Below are positions 29,235 through 42,459 of a stretch of 64,000 nt of DNA, piece by piece. A program made the translations under genes and the position numbers. Positions within the stretch are counted from its first letter, which is position 1. Each line of letters starts with the position of its first letter. A model generated the notes under the pieces. It was not told the origin of the DNA. It was given only the letters and a program-made list of their open reading frames with translations, and did no database searches. This DNA comes from an uncultured Thermoactinomycetaceae bacterium (GTDB lineage Bacteria; Bacillota; Bacilli; Thermoactinomycetales; CALJVA01): NCBI GenBank assembly GCA_937975135.1, contig CALJVA010000015.1, positions 1,064-65,063 on the forward strand, written 5' to 3'.

Positions 29235-30203
29235 TTACCCCTTTCTTCCAATAATTTCTAATTGTCGAAGTAGCTTTTCTTGAGCAATGGCTAACTTTTG
29301 TGCTTCTTCAATCTCCACCGCCCGAAAAGATAAAGTGTGTCCCGGTGCTGACTGGGCGATGAGGGGGAGGTCAACAGAGATCACAGTAGCAATTTTTGTA
29401 TAACCACCTGTTGTATTGCGATCTGCCAGGAGAATAATTGGTTGTCCTCCAGCAGGCACTTGGATGGATCCAGGAGCGATTCCATCAGAGATAATATCTG
29501 CTCCTTCTTTATGTTGGATGGGCGGACCTTCAAGGCGAGTTCCCATCCGATCCGACTGAGGGGTTACCTTGTAAGAACTCGTAAGAAAGGTATGAACTCC
29601 TTCTTCGGTAAAAGCATCTGCTTGAGGTCCCATAATGACACGAAGGGTAACTTTTTTGTCATATACCGGTTGTTCCCTCGGGGAAAGAAAACGGCCTGTG
29701 ATTTGGGAAAAAGGTAGATGTGTAGATCCAACAGGGAGGATATCCCCGGATTGGAGGGCTCTCCCTTGATAGCCACCCATCTTCCCCTTGAGAAAGGTGG
29801 ATCTACTCTTCATTATTGGCTTCACGTCGATGCCACCGGCGATACAAAGATAGGCCCGGATTCCCTGTTGTGGGCGGTGAAAACGAAGGATTTGTCCAGG
29901 CTCCACATAAATACTTTTCCAGCGCGGAAGTGGATGATTATCTAAGGTAGCCTTCAGGTCTGCTCCTGTAATTGCAATGACACTTTCCTGATGAAATTGT
30001 AGTTCCGGACCGATTAGGGTGATTTCTAAGCCAGCTGCATTACGGGGATTACCCACCAGCAGATTTCCTACGGCGAGGGAAAAGGCATCCATCGCTCCTG
30101 CTACGACCATGCCATATTGCTGATAACCATAACGACCCAGATCTTGAACAGTTGTTAGAAGTCCAGGTCGAAGTACTTCGATTCCCTTATTCACTGCTCC
30201 CAA
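29235..30203 (-). CDS. pxpC: 5-oxoprolinase subunit C (KipA / allophanate hydrolase subunit 2 family)
   Basis: 322 aa with [21 protein letters not shown] and [12 protein letters not shown] motifs. The start may be GTG 30194 rather than TTG 30203. Confidence 0.85.
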   Translation of the reverse strand: MGAVNKGIEVLRPGLLTTVQDLGRYGYQQYGMVVAGAMDAFSLAVGNLLVGNPRNAAGLEITLIGPELQFHQESVIAITGADLKATLDNHPLPRWKSIYVEPGQILRFHRPQQGIRAYLCIAGGIDVKPIMKSRSTFLKGKMGGYQGRALQSGDILPVGSTHLPFSQITGRFLSPREQPVYDKKVTLRVIMGPQADAFTEEGVHTFLTSSYKVTPQSDRMGTRLEGPPIQHKEGADIISDGIAPGSIQVPAGGQPIILLADRNTTGGYTKIATVISVDLPLIAQSAPGHTLSFRAVEIEEAQKLAIAQEKLLRQLEIIGRKG

Positions 30204-30969
30204 TCCTTTTTATCTGAATTCCTTCTTTCTGCAATTGAGTACGTAATTGTTGAACAAACTGGAGAGCCTGAGATCCATCTCCATGAACACATACTGTGTC
30301 TCCTTGAAGAGGAATTTCTGTGCCATCGATTGTCTTTACTGTGCCCCTTTTAATAATTTGGATTACCTGAGCTACTGCAGCTTCCGGGCTGTGGATCATC
30401 GCCTTGGGGTTGGTTCGTGGGGTTAAAGTCCCATTCCTTTGGTAAGTTCGATCAGCGAATATCTCTTCTGCTACCGTAAGGCCTGCGGCCCGTCCTGCAG
30501 AAACCAGTTTACTTCCTGCCAGTGCAAATAAAATTAAACTTTTATCAACGGCTGCAACGGCTTCAGCGATTGCCTGAGCAATTCCTGGATCTTCAGCCGC
30601 TCGGTTGTATAAGGCGCCGTGTGGCTTAACATGTTGAAGAGAGCTATTATGAATCGAAGCGAAGGCTTGTAGGGCGCCAAGTTGGTAGACAACCATGTTA
30701 AAAACATCTTCAGGATCTGTCTGGATCCAACGGCGTCCAAATCCTAATAAATCAGGTAAGCCTGGATGTGCTCCCAATCCCAACTTTTTTTCTGCTGCCA
30801 TTTTGATCGTTTGATTCATTACATTATGATCGCCAGCATGATAACCACAGGCGATGTTAACTGAGGTAACATAATCAAGAATTGCTTCGTCTTGTCCGAT
30901 TCGGTACGGACCAAAGCTTTCCCCTAGATCACAATTCAAATCAATCGAGTTACGCAATCGATCTATCAC
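30187..30969 (-). CDS. pxpA: 5-oxoprolinase subunit A (LamB/YcsF family)
   Basis: IDLNCDLGESFG, NIACGYHAGD and VKPHGALYN motifs are present. Confidence 0.88.
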   Translation of the reverse strand: MIDRLRNSIDLNCDLGESFGPYRIGQDEAILDYVTSVNIACGYHAGDHNVMNQTIKMAAEKKLGLGAHPGLPDLLGFGRRWIQTDPEDVFNMVVYQLGALQAFASIHNSSLQHVKPHGALYNRAAEDPGIAQAIAEAVAAVDKSLILFALAGSKLVSAGRAAGLTVAEEIFADRTYQRNGTLTPRTNPKAMIHSPEAAVAQVIQIIKRGTVKTIDGTEIPLQGDTVCVHGDGSQALQFVQQLRTQLQKEGIQIKRIGSSE

Positions 30970-31729
30970 CCTTTAGAAGTTTTTTATCAACGACATAAAT
31001 TCCTTGCGCTTCTTTTTCTTCTATCTCCTTGTATTCTTTCTCATCGATCGGACGAAACTGAATATAATTTCCTGTTTTTAAAAGAATGGGATCTTCTCGA
31101 TGAGGGTCATAAAGGCGAACAGGAGTACGACCAATAATGCGCCAACCACCAGGGGATTCCAAGGGATAGACTCCGGTTTGAGAGCCGGCAATTCCTACCG
31201 ATCCTGATGGAACACGCTGTCGTGGAACTTCCAGACGTGGAGTCGCAATTTTGTCTGTCATTCCTCCAAGATATGGAAATCCCGGGAGAAAACCCATCAT
31301 GTAGATCAAATATTTCGTTTCAGAATGTAATTGAATCACTTCTTCCGTGGATAATCCATTCTTTTGTGCCACCGATTGTAGATCCGGTCCCCACTCTCCA
31401 CCATATAAGACAGGCAGTATAATCACCTCAGCGGGAGCTGCGGTATGATCCTGCAGTTGTTGGGCAATTTTTTTCAATCGCTGAAGCAAATCGTGATATT
31501 GAATAATATATGGCTTGTAATAAATTGTAATTGCACAATAGGAAGGGACCCATTCGATCACACCAGGAATAGACTCTTTCTCTAATCTTTGACAGTAGCT
31601 GTGAATTTGACGATTAATCTCTGGATCGATCGTATTTCCAAATTGAATACGGATGCCTGTATCACCAAGAGGTTGATAGGAGAGCGTCACACATACACCT
31701 CCAGTTTTAAGAAAATACTTTCGTTTCAT
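30950..31729 (-). CDS. pxpB: 5-oxoprolinase subunit B (KipI / allophanate hydrolase subunit 1 family)
   Basis: 259 aa with YQPLGDTGIRIQFG and GFLPGFPYLGG motifs. Confidence 0.85.
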   Translation of the reverse strand: MKRKYFLKTGGVCVTLSYQPLGDTGIRIQFGNTIDPEINRQIHSYCQRLEKESIPGVIEWVPSYCAITIYYKPYIIQYHDLLQRLKKIAQQLQDHTAAPAEVIILPVLYGGEWGPDLQSVAQKNGLSTEEVIQLHSETKYLIYMMGFLPGFPYLGGMTDKIATPRLEVPRQRVPSGSVGIAGSQTGVYPLESPGGWRIIGRTPVRLYDPHREDPILLKTGNYIQFRPIDEKEYKEIEEKEAQGIYVVDKKLLKGDRSIA

Positions 31730-31985
31730 AACTGCTAATCTTTCTAAGTTAGCGCTTACAAATCTGCATTACAAATAATATCCCTGATTCTCCGGGGCTA
31801 ATTCCCCCGTTTATTTCCAAGTATATAGGATACCTCAACACTTCTAGTAGAGAATAATAAATTATTCAGTTATCTATATTAAGAACAATTTACTTTAGTG
31901 ATTTAAAGATGTATTGTTTTTGATTTTATCATAGTAAATCAATATCACTCAAGGACATAAGAATCTACTGTGAGGAGGGATTGGT

Positions 31986-32969
31986 ATGGGAGTAAAATTG
32001 AGATGGTTTTCGCTGATCACTCTCTTTGTGCTTGCAACTGTTCTTCCCGGTTGCACCTGGGAAGTAGCTCAGCCGGAGACTGAAAAGAAACAGGAGAGTT
32101 ATCGTTATCCATTAACCGGGATAGAAGGGGAAAAAGGGGAACAACCAATCCTGATGGTAATGGTAAATAATCAACAACAAGCCCGTCCACAAACAGGATT
32201 GGATCGGGCAGACCTTGTTGTGGAAATGTTGGCGGAGGGAGAGATTACCCGTTTTGCAGCCTTTTATCATAGCCAACAGGAGGGGATTGTTGGCCCAGTA
32301 CGTAGCCTTCGGCCTTATTATCTCAATTTAGCAAAAGGGTTAAAAGCCATTAGTGTTCATGCTGGCGGATCAACGGAAGCTATGGATATGATTCAACAGG
32401 AGAAGTTACCTTCATTGGATGGGATTCATGAGGGGGCAAAATATTTTTGGCGTGTTGATTTTCGACCTGCTCCACACAATTTATATACTCGGATGGATCT
32501 GCTATTAGACGGTGTAGAGGAGGCTGGTTGGGAACAAAAGAAAGTGGAAGTGCCATTTCGATTTGCTAAAGAAGGAGCTACTGTCGAGGGAAAAGAGGCG
32601 CTAGAGATTCAAATTATGTACAATCCCCTTTATAAATTGAGTTATCAATACGATCCCAACTCACAGATCTATACTCGTTATACTCAGGGTGAACCCCATA
32701 TAGATAATGAAACGAAGCAGCCCCTTACAATGCAAAATGTACTGGTAATCAAAGCTCCACATCAAATTGTGGATCAAGCTGGTCGGCGAAGGATTGAATT
32801 GGATGGAACAGGGGAAGGATACTTGTTTCAACATGGAAAAGGAATCTCCATTCGTTGGAAAAATGAACAAGGTGTGCTTTTACCGATCGCAGACGGAAAG
32901 GTTTTGCCCCTTGTTCCAGGGAAGACTTGGGTGAACGTAATCCCGGACTCGGCAGATGTTACCTATTAA
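31986..32969 (+). CDS. DUF3048 lipoprotein (YerB-like)
   Basis: Signal peptide with lipobox VLPGC. MVMVNNQQQARPQTGL and VRSLRPYY motifs are present. It sits upstream of yerC-pcrB-pcrA-ligA, as in B. subtilis. Confidence 0.8.
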   Translation: MGVKLRWFSLITLFVLATVLPGCTWEVAQPETEKKQESYRYPLTGIEGEKGEQPILMVMVNNQQQARPQTGLDRADLVVEMLAEGEITRFAAFYHSQQEGIVGPVRSLRPYYLNLAKGLKAISVHAGGSTEAMDMIQQEKLPSLDGIHEGAKYFWRVDFRPAPHNLYTRMDLLLDGVEEAGWEQKKVEVPFRFAKEGATVEGKEALEIQIMYNPLYKLSYQYDPNSQIYTRYTQGEPHIDNETKQPLTMQNVLVIKAPHQIVDQAGRRRIELDGTGEGYLFQHGKGISIRWKNEQGVLLPIADGKVLPLVPGKTWVNVIPDSADVTY

Positions 32970-33361
32970 AAGAGGCAGGATAAGAAGAGAATGTATCGAA
33001 TATTATTAGAAAATAGGATGGGAATTCTCTTTACTTTAAAAGTAGAGAGGAAGCAAAGATTGGATGAGCGGGTAATATCCTCACAAGTCTTACAATCTGG
33101 TATACTAAAATAGAAGTGAAATGTTATTTCTACCTTGAAGAACGAAATTGTATGGGGTTGGGTAAAGAAGAAACAGCTATCATGTAATCGTAAAGTTATA
33201 TCATTCCGGAGCAAGAGTTTATGTTCACTATACTCGCATGAATCATGCGTTTCTGGTATCTTTAAAGTTGAATTAAAGCCCACCCCTTACTTTACAAGTC
33301 TTTTTCAGTATAAATGTATCTATTATAAAAAGAAGAAATTTTGCTTTGAGGAGGATTGCGC

Positions 33362-33673
33362 TTGCAATTGGAAAAATTGAATCAGAAAGAGATTCAACGT
33401 TTGTTTCGTGCGATTTTAAGTTTGAAAACCATTGAAGAGTGCTATAAGTTTTTTGATGATCTTTGTACCGTTGGTGAGGTAAAATCCCTTGCCCAACGTT
33501 TATCCGTAGCTCATATGCTGCAACAAGGGTATACCTATAATCAGATTGAAGCAGAGACTGGAGCAAGCACTGCCACTATTTCGCGGGTTAAACGATGCTT
33601 GCATTATGGGATGGACGGTTATCACTTGGTATTGAAACGATTAGAGGAAGAGGAGAAAGAAAAAGAAGTTTGA
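33362..33673 (+). CDS. yerC: YerC/YecD family TrpR-like protein
   Basis: MQLEKLNQKEIQRLFRAILSLKTIEECYKFFDDLCT...TGASTATISRVKRCLHYG is closely collinear with B. subtilis YerC. TTG 33362 has better SD spacing than the track start at 33356. Confidence 0.88.
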   Translation: MQLEKLNQKEIQRLFRAILSLKTIEECYKFFDDLCTVGEVKSLAQRLSVAHMLQQGYTYNQIEAETGASTATISRVKRCLHYGMDGYHLVLKRLEEEEKEKEV

Positions 33674-33714
33674 ACATGGAGAATCATGATTGACAGTTTA
33701 AGAAATCTCTATTT

Positions 33715-33755
33715 AAACGCCTGGCCCTATTATAGGAGGAGGCGTTTAGTATTTT
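33715..33755 (+). terminator. probable intrinsic terminator after yerC
   Basis: Stem aaacgcct / aggcgttt with a 17-nt loop, followed by agtatttt. Confidence 0.5.
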
Positions 33756-33912
33756 GATTTGCTTTATTCTCGATAGTTTTTACTCATAAAATCCTGGGAT
33801 CAAGCCTTGGAGAAGTTCGAATAAAAACCTCCATTTAGGCTTGATTCATTTATTTATATTAGATAATAATTAAAACGTATGAAATGTTAATAAAAAACCG
33901 ATAAAAAAGGAT

Positions 33913-34137
33913 GTGAAAATTTTGGTTAGGAGTAAAGCTAAAAAGATACGCCTTAAAAGAATACGTGAAGGAAAAAGAAATCCAGAAGAACTACGGGGCA
34001 GCTGGAGGGGAATAAACCCCATAGAGCGACGAACCCCAACACGAAAAGAGCGTTTAAAACGACAATGGAACAAGCATCGAAAACGATGGGATTCTTTGGA
34101 GGAAAGAGATCCCATCGTTTATTATTTTTTAGAGTAG
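33913..34137 (+). CDS. small highly basic protein (74 aa), unknown function
   Basis: GTG start with SD aaagga. Roughly a third of the residues are Lys/Arg (KAKKIRLKRIREGKRNPEELRGSWRGINPIERRTPTRKERLKRQWNKHRKRW). The protein has no hydrophobic core. Confidence 0.5.
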   Translation: MKILVRSKAKKIRLKRIREGKRNPEELRGSWRGINPIERRTPTRKERLKRQWNKHRKRWDSLEERDPIVYYFLE

Positions 34138-34370
34138 GGTGCTTTTTCCTCGTAACTGAGTCATGTATAATGAGATTAAATGCAGGAGTTATCCTTTATA
34201 AGAAGATTAGGAAAAAAGTAGAAGTATTGTATTATCTTAATATGTTTTTAGGGACTTCTTTATCTTTTTCTAAAAAGCTATGAAGTGAAACAAGTTTCGA
34301 TTCCCGACTTGACAAAATATTACACAAACATTGCATCGCTTTTTATACCCTTGAGTGGAGGTGGGATTGG

Positions 34371-35108
34371 ATGCTGCGAGAAATGGTGGCCCATTGGCGC
34401 CATGTTTTTAAACTGGATCCAAACCGGGTGCTCTCAGACAAAGCACTTGAAGTAATCTGCCAGTCAGGAACGGATGCGATTATCGTCGGGGGAACAGATG
34501 GGATTACCTTTGAAAATACTTTTGACTTGTTAAAACGGCTGCGTCGTTACCCGATTACATGTGTACAGGAGATTTCCGTTCGTGGAGCGGTAATGCCCGG
34601 TTTTGATGGCTATCTGATCCCAACGGTATTAAATAGCGAGGGTAATAAGTGGATTCTCGGTGCCCATCATGAAGCGATTAAAGTATTTGGAGCTTGGATT
34701 CCCTGGGATAAAGTAGTTTCTGAAGGGTATATTGTTCTTAATCCGAAATCAAAAGTAGCTCAATTAACGAAAAGTCAAACAAAGCTAGAGCCAAGTGATT
34801 TGACTGCTTATGCTCGTTTGGCCGAACACTTGTTTCACTTGCCCGTTGTTTATGTTGAATATAGTGGTACTTTTGGTGATCCTGTGATGGTAGAAGCAGC
34901 TCGCAATGGACTTTCTAAATCCCGGCTTTTTTATGGGGGCGGGATCGAAACTGAAGCACAAGCACGCCAGATGGGGAAGCTGGCTGACACAATTGTCGTA
35001 GGCAATTTAATTTATCGGAATGTGGAAGCTGCCGTAAATACAGTCAAATGGGTGAAAAAGAGTAATACACAAGAGAGCAAGACTCAAAAGTGTAAGACGA
35101 GTAAGTAA
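34371..35108 (+). CDS. pcrB: heptaprenylglyceryl phosphate synthase
   Basis: [21 protein letters not shown] and [10 protein letters not shown] are collinear with B. subtilis PcrB. It lies immediately upstream of pcrA. Confidence 0.92.
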   Translation: MLREMVAHWRHVFKLDPNRVLSDKALEVICQSGTDAIIVGGTDGITFENTFDLLKRLRRYPITCVQEISVRGAVMPGFDGYLIPTVLNSEGNKWILGAHHEAIKVFGAWIPWDKVVSEGYIVLNPKSKVAQLTKSQTKLEPSDLTAYARLAEHLFHLPVVYVEYSGTFGDPVMVEAARNGLSKSRLFYGGGIETEAQARQMGKLADTIVVGNLIYRNVEAAVNTVKWVKKSNTQESKTQKCKTSK

Positions 35109-35155
35109 GAAGGGGGACAAACCCCTTTTTCCTTTTGTTGAAAGGTGTGAATAAA

Positions 35156-37339
35156 ATGAGTGAGGTTTTCCCTGTGAAAAATGAATTATTGGCAGGCTTG
35201 AATCCTGCACAGCAAGAAGCAGTTCAGACAACGGAAGGACCATTATTAGTTGTAGCTGGTGCAGGGAGTGGAAAGACGCGTGTTTTGACTCATCGTGTAG
35301 CCTACTTAATCAGCGAGAATAAAATACATCCTTGGAATATATTAGCCATAACTTTTACCAATAAGGCTGCTCGTGAAATGAAGGAACGAATCGTTCAGCT
35401 TAGCGGAGATGACGCTGAAGAAATTTGGATCTCTACTTTTCATGCAATGTGTGTTCGGATTCTACGACGGGATATTGATCGCATCGGTTATTCCCGTAAT
35501 TTTACAATCTTGGATACTGCCGATCAACTAACCGTAATACGGCAAATATTGAAAGAGCAAAATATAGATCCCAAGCAGTTTGATCCCCGGGGGATTCTTC
35601 ATCACATCAGTTCCGCCAAGAATCAACTTTGTACACCGCAACAATTAGAGAGTCAAGCAGAGACTTATAAGGAGCAAATGATCGCGACGTTATATAAGCA
35701 TTATCAAGAGAAGCTTCGTGCTAATCAATCCCTTGATTTTGATGATCTATTAATGGAGACGGTTCATCTGTTTCAGCAAATGCCTGAGGTTCTAGATTAC
35801 TATCAGCGCAAATTTCAATACATTCATGTGGATGAATACCAGGACACCAACCATGTCCAGTATGTATTGGTAAAGATGTTGGCGGAGCGATACCGCAATA
35901 TTTGTGTTGTGGGGGATTCTGATCAATCCATTTATCGCTTTCGAGGTGCAGACATTACAAATATATTAAATTTCGAACAGGATTATCCAGATGCCAAAGT
36001 GATTAAATTAGAGCAAAACTATCGTTCAACCCAAACCATTCTTGACTGTGCCAATAGCGTGATTGCCAATAATAAGGGACGTAAACCCAAAAGTTTATGG
36101 ACAAAAAATGAGAAAGGCGCTCCCGTTCAACTTTTTGAAGCGGACCATGAGCATGATGAAGCTTATTTTGTGGCAGACCAAATTGTTAAAGGAGTAGCAG
36201 AAGGCCGGAACTATGGAGACTTCGCCGTTTTATATCGGACAAACGCACAATCACGTGTATTGGAAGAAGTATTGATGAAAGCAAATATTCCTTACCAGGT
36301 TGTGGGGGGAATTAAGTTTTATGAGCGAAAAGAGATTAAGGATATTTTGGCTTATTTGCGGCTGATTGTTAACCCTCACGATGACTTAAGCTTGGAACGC
36401 GTGATTAATGTGCCTCGACGGGGGATTGGTGCAGTCACCCTAGAAAAGGTTTCTCAGTATGCGGCAAGTAAAGGTCTTTCTCTTTATGAGGCATTACTGG
36501 AAGCGGATGAGATCGGTTTGTCAGCACGGTTTGTTCGGACGCTTACTTCTTTTGTCGAACTCCTTCGTGAATTGCATAGCATGGCAGATTACCTGACCGC
36601 TGGGGAGCTGACCGAGGAGATGTTATCACGAACCGGTTATCGTGAAGAATTAAGAAGAGAAGGCACAGTGGAAGCCGAAACTCGACTAGAAAATATTGAG
36701 GAATTTCTTACTGTAACACAGGAATTTGAAATGAAAAATGAAGATAAATCCTTGGTTACTTTTTTGACGGAGTTGGCTCTGGTTTCCGATGTGGATCAAT
36801 TGGATGAGGAAGAGAAAGGGTCATTTGTTTCGTTGATGACGCTTCATTCAGCGAAAGGATTGGAGTTCCCTAGGGTTTTTTTGGTGGGGATGGAGGAGGG
36901 AGTGTTTCCTCATATCCGTTCCCTTGATGATGAGGAAGAGATGGAAGAAGAACGACGCTTGGCTTATGTAGGGATTACCCGTGCTGAGGAATGTTTATAT
37001 CTTACCCGTTCTCGACAGCGCATGTTATTTGGAAAGACAAGTGCCAATCCACCCTCACGCTTTTTGAGTGAGATTCCACAAGAGCTTCTAGAGTTTGTTG
37101 GAGAAAAAAGGGGCTCAGTACAACCGGAGACAATCCTTCGCTCAAAGCGATTCACACCCCAGAGCGAACTTAACTGGAGTCTCGGAGATAAAGTTCAGCA
37201 CAGAAAATGGGGGATGGGTACTGTCGTTGAAGTACGGGGAGAAGGAGATGATCAAGAGCTAACGATTGCTTTTCCTGCCCCGGTGGGAATGAAAAGATTG
37301 TTGGCTCGTTATGCACCGATCACTCGAGCTGAGCAGTAA
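35156..37339 (+). CDS. pcrA: ATP-dependent DNA helicase PcrA (UvrD family)
   Basis: [39 protein letters not shown] and [10 protein letters not shown] motifs are present. ATG 35156; the track starts at 35135. Confidence 0.95.
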   Translation: MSEVFPVKNELLAGLNPAQQEAVQTTEGPLLVVAGAGSGKTRVLTHRVAYLISENKIHPWNILAITFTNKAAREMKERIVQLSGDDAEEIWISTFHAMCVRILRRDIDRIGYSRNFTILDTADQLTVIRQILKEQNIDPKQFDPRGILHHISSAKNQLCTPQQLESQAETYKEQMIATLYKHYQEKLRANQSLDFDDLLMETVHLFQQMPEVLDYYQRKFQYIHVDEYQDTNHVQYVLVKMLAERYRNICVVGDSDQSIYRFRGADITNILNFEQDYPDAKVIKLEQNYRSTQTILDCANSVIANNKGRKPKSLWTKNEKGAPVQLFEADHEHDEAYFVADQIVKGVAEGRNYGDFAVLYRTNAQSRVLEEVLMKANIPYQVVGGIKFYERKEIKDILAYLRLIVNPHDDLSLERVINVPRRGIGAVTLEKVSQYAASKGLSLYEALLEADEIGLSARFVRTLTSFVELLRELHSMADYLTAGELTEEMLSRTGYREELRREGTVEAETRLENIEEFLTVTQEFEMKNEDKSLVTFLTELALVSDVDQLDEEEKGSFVSLMTLHSAKGLEFPRVFLVGMEEGVFPHIRSLDDEEEMEEERRLAYVGITRAEECLYLTRSRQRMLFGKTSANPPSRFLSEIPQELLEFVGEKRGSVQPETILRSKRFTPQSELNWSLGDKVQHRKWGMGTVVEVRGEGDDQELTIAFPAPVGMKRLLARYAPITRAEQ

Positions 37340-37357
37340 AAGTCTTCCTTGATTTGA

Positions 37358-39424
<2,067 letters not shown>

Positions 39425-39553
39425 TGATCAAGGGAAGTATTTGGTATTGCAAAGTCTCTTACGCTGAAATCAATGAAATGAGTTTCCGAAAACTTTCGCA
39501 TCAGGTAAAGATCAGTTTGAACTGAAAAAGTATCAATAGTAATCGTCTATCTC

Positions 39554-39582
39554 AACGAAGGGCTTTTTGGTCCTTCGTTTTT
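39554..39582 (+). terminator. intrinsic terminator after ligA
   Basis: Stem aacgaagg / ccttcgtt followed by tttt. Confidence 0.7.
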
Positions 39583-39668
39583 ATCGATTGTTTTATTGGT
39601 GTTAGTGCAAGTGTATGGTGATGAATCGTTGGATATCTTGCCTTAAAGGGGGAGGGCGAAATAGCGAC

Positions 39669-40556
39669 ATGACCCAATTTCATTATGTTGTAACAGCAGA
39701 GGAAGATGGGAAGATATTGAAAAAAGTCCTCAAACGGCGATTTCGCTTTTCTCGCCGCATGTTTCGACGCTTAAAATTAACTGGAGGAATATTGGTAAAC
39801 GGGAACCCCGTCTATCTCAACTCTTTAGTCTACCAGGGGGATCGAGTAACAGTATTATTCGATGAAGAGGAAGCAGGGCATATCGTACCTGAGCCAATTC
39901 CTCTTAACATTGTCCATGAAGATGACGATCTGATCGTTTTGAATAAACAGCCTGGGATCGTGGTTCATCCTACCAAAAATTATTCACAAGGAACACTGGC
40001 TAATGGATTGGCATATTATTGGTCTCAACAGGGGAAACAACATAGGATTCGACCAGTTACTCGGTTGGATCGGGATACATCGGGATTACTTGTTTTTGCC
40101 AAGCATGCCTATGCGCATTCATTTCTTTCGGAACAGATGGAGAGAGGACGTTATCAGCGCCATTATCTTGCGATTTGCCACGGGATTCTGAGTAAAGAGG
40201 AAGGAAGTATCGATGCGCCAATTGCCCGTTGTTCCGAGAATGATAGCCGGCGTCAAGTTACAGCAGAGGGAGCACGTGCTGTAACTCATTATAAGGTGCT
40301 GGAGCGTTATCGAAGGGCTACACTTCTTTCACTTCGCTTAGAAACAGGACGAACGCATCAGATTCGCGTTCATCTCGCTTATATGGGACACCCCATTGTA
40401 GGGGATTCCCTTTATGGACCTGCTGAGGAAACAAAACTTCTTCAGCGGCAAGCTCTTCATGCTTCCTTCATTCAATTTCTTCACCCACGAGGTGGGACTC
40501 GATCCTGGTCATCTTCCATGCCCGATGATATGAAGCAATTAACACATCGCTTGTAA
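39669..40556 (+). CDS. RluA/RluD-family 23S rRNA pseudouridine synthase
   Basis: An S4-like N-terminus is followed by the catalytic motif TRLDRDTSGLLVFAK and RTHQIRVHL. ATG 39669; the track starts at 39615. Confidence 0.88.
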   Translation: MTQFHYVVTAEEDGKILKKVLKRRFRFSRRMFRRLKLTGGILVNGNPVYLNSLVYQGDRVTVLFDEEEAGHIVPEPIPLNIVHEDDDLIVLNKQPGIVVHPTKNYSQGTLANGLAYYWSQQGKQHRIRPVTRLDRDTSGLLVFAKHAYAHSFLSEQMERGRYQRHYLAICHGILSKEEGSIDAPIARCSENDSRRQVTAEGARAVTHYKVLERYRRATLLSLRLETGRTHQIRVHLAYMGHPIVGDSLYGPAEETKLLQRQALHASFIQFLHPRGGTRSWSSSMPDDMKQLTHRL

Positions 40557-40763
40557 AAAAGCTTTTTCAGGGGAAATATGGCCATATCACACACTTTCTT
40601 TTGTACCTCCTTATCATAAAATGATTGGGAGGCTCTTAAATTACTGGTAAATATTTCTGACAACTTAGATTAATTAATCAAAAGAGGAAGGGTTTTTTTA
40701 TTTCATAACGAAATAAAGAGTAGATGTTTATTAATTATAAAAAAGAAAAGGAGAGTGAGAAAT

Positions 40764-42428
40764 GTGAAAAGGACTATAAGACTATTTTGGGTATTTGTTC
40801 TTTCAATCTCGTTGCTGCTTCCACTTGGAGTTGCGCAAGGGGCAGAAAAAATCCCAAATCCCGTCCCTGCAGGGGTTCAAATCATGGGAAGTAAAGGTGG
40901 GGGAAAAAGTTATACTCCAGGCACTTGGTATCTGGGGAGCACACCACCTAATGTGGATTACAGCAAGCCACCCATTGTTTTTGTTCAAGGGAAAAATGGG
41001 GTAGCACAAAGTTGGTGGGAAGATACCGTATATCATGGACGTAATGATATGTATGACTATGCTTATAACAATGGGTACCGGACAGCCTTTGTTCAGCTCT
41101 ATGATGCTGCCGGCAATGGTTCTCATGATATGTGGGATAATGGACAGCTACTCGCACAACTGCTGCGGGAGATTAGCGAGCACTTTGGCGAAAAAGTGAA
41201 TGTTGTATCCCATAGTAAAGGTGGGATCGACACACAGGCTGCCCTGATTCACTACAATGCATGGCCCTATGTAGGGAAAGTAATCACACTGGGTACGCCA
41301 CACCATGGATCTCATTTGGCAAACCTGGCTTATAGTTCTTGGGCAGGATGGCTAGCAGATCTACTTGGACAGCAGGACGATGGTACGTATGTACTTCAGA
41401 CAGGGTATATGGAATATTTCCGTTCCATTACGGATAATCACAGCAATAGAAGTAAAAATATGTATTACACTGCTGCGGGTACGAGCTGGGGTCCTTTCCC
41501 TTCTGCACTGTGGACAGGAGGAGCTTACCTTGCTTTTCAAGGGCAAAATGATGGTTTGGTAAATGTTTGGAGCACACAGTTGCCCTATGGACGTCATTTG
41601 TTTACCGCAAATTATGATCATGACAATATCCGCATGGGAAGAACTGCATTTCCACGGATTGAATCTGAACTTCGCAATATAGGAACAACTATGAGTCAAG
41701 CACAACAAAAAGAAGCATTTGTGACGAAAGCAGTGGAGCCTAATGCTGAGGGAGAACAGATTGTACGTGGAGGCCCCTTACAAGCTAATAAGATGGTAGA
41801 AGAAACAATGGTGATTGAATCGGGAAGACAAGAAGCGATTTTCCAAGTACTCACCAAGAATAAGAATGTAGATACAGTACTTATTTCCCCCAGTGGAAAA
41901 ATGTATACTAGCCGTAGTGCTGAATATTTGACAGCTGAAGGACATGACGTCTTTAAGGGAGCGAGTGTGAAAGCATTTCGTATTAGCCGTCCTGAGGCAG
42001 GAACCTGGAAAGTTCGTCTGACAAGTAAAGCAAAGGATGCTTACCTCCTGATGACAACTTTACCTGGTGCACCAACCATCGAAGTTGATCTTGAGAAACC
42101 AGCCCGAGGAGAAGTTCCAGTTCATGTAAAAATGAAGAACCCTGATAAGTGGGAGCTTAAGAACTTTGATGTTAAAATGAAAGTAGTGCCAACTACACCC
42201 GGAAAAGACAGAAAAATGAAAAAAGAAATTAAAGAGATGAGATTAAAGCAGATTCAGGATAAAAAATCGAAGGAGTTTACAGGCAAAATTTCCGGAAAAA
42301 TGAATCCTGGTGTTTATAACGTAACTTTAGAGATCCAGGGAGAAACCAAAGATGGCGAGCCTTACCAGCGTACAGTAATTCGTTCCTTCTTTGTCCCTGG
42401 GGATAAAAAAGAAGATATTGGTGGATAA
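40764..42428 (+). CDS. secreted alpha/beta-hydrolase (lipase/esterase-like) with C-terminal beta-rich domain
   Basis: Signal peptide ...LLLPLGVAQGAEK and nucleophile elbow VVSHSKGGID are present, followed by about 250 aa of C-terminal extension. GTG 40764 has better SD spacing than 40755. Confidence 0.7.
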   Translation: MKRTIRLFWVFVLSISLLLPLGVAQGAEKIPNPVPAGVQIMGSKGGGKSYTPGTWYLGSTPPNVDYSKPPIVFVQGKNGVAQSWWEDTVYHGRNDMYDYAYNNGYRTAFVQLYDAAGNGSHDMWDNGQLLAQLLREISEHFGEKVNVVSHSKGGIDTQAALIHYNAWPYVGKVITLGTPHHGSHLANLAYSSWAGWLADLLGQQDDGTYVLQTGYMEYFRSITDNHSNRSKNMYYTAAGTSWGPFPSALWTGGAYLAFQGQNDGLVNVWSTQLPYGRHLFTANYDHDNIRMGRTAFPRIESELRNIGTTMSQAQQKEAFVTKAVEPNAEGEQIVRGGPLQANKMVEETMVIESGRQEAIFQVLTKNKNVDTVLISPSGKMYTSRSAEYLTAEGHDVFKGASVKAFRISRPEAGTWKVRLTSKAKDAYLLMTTLPGAPTIEVDLEKPARGEVPVHVKMKNPDKWELKNFDVKMKVVPTTPGKDRKMKKEIKEMRLKQIQDKKSKEFTGKISGKMNPGVYNVTLEIQGETKDGEPYQRTVIRSFFVPGDKKEDIGG

Positions 42429-42432
42429 TGGT

Positions 42433-42459
42433 TTTGGGTCCCGACGGGACCCAAATTTT
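42433..42459 (+). terminator. intrinsic terminator
   Basis: Stem tttgggtccc / gggacccaaa followed by tttt. Confidence 0.8.

Noticed and set aside
32970-33361. The 390-nt yerB-yerC gap contains a 9-bp hairpin (33027-33049) and the track ORFs 32966-33283(-) and 33135-33380(+).
   Set aside because: The hairpin has no U-tract and nothing indicates conservation. The ORFs lack SDs and have junk-like composition.
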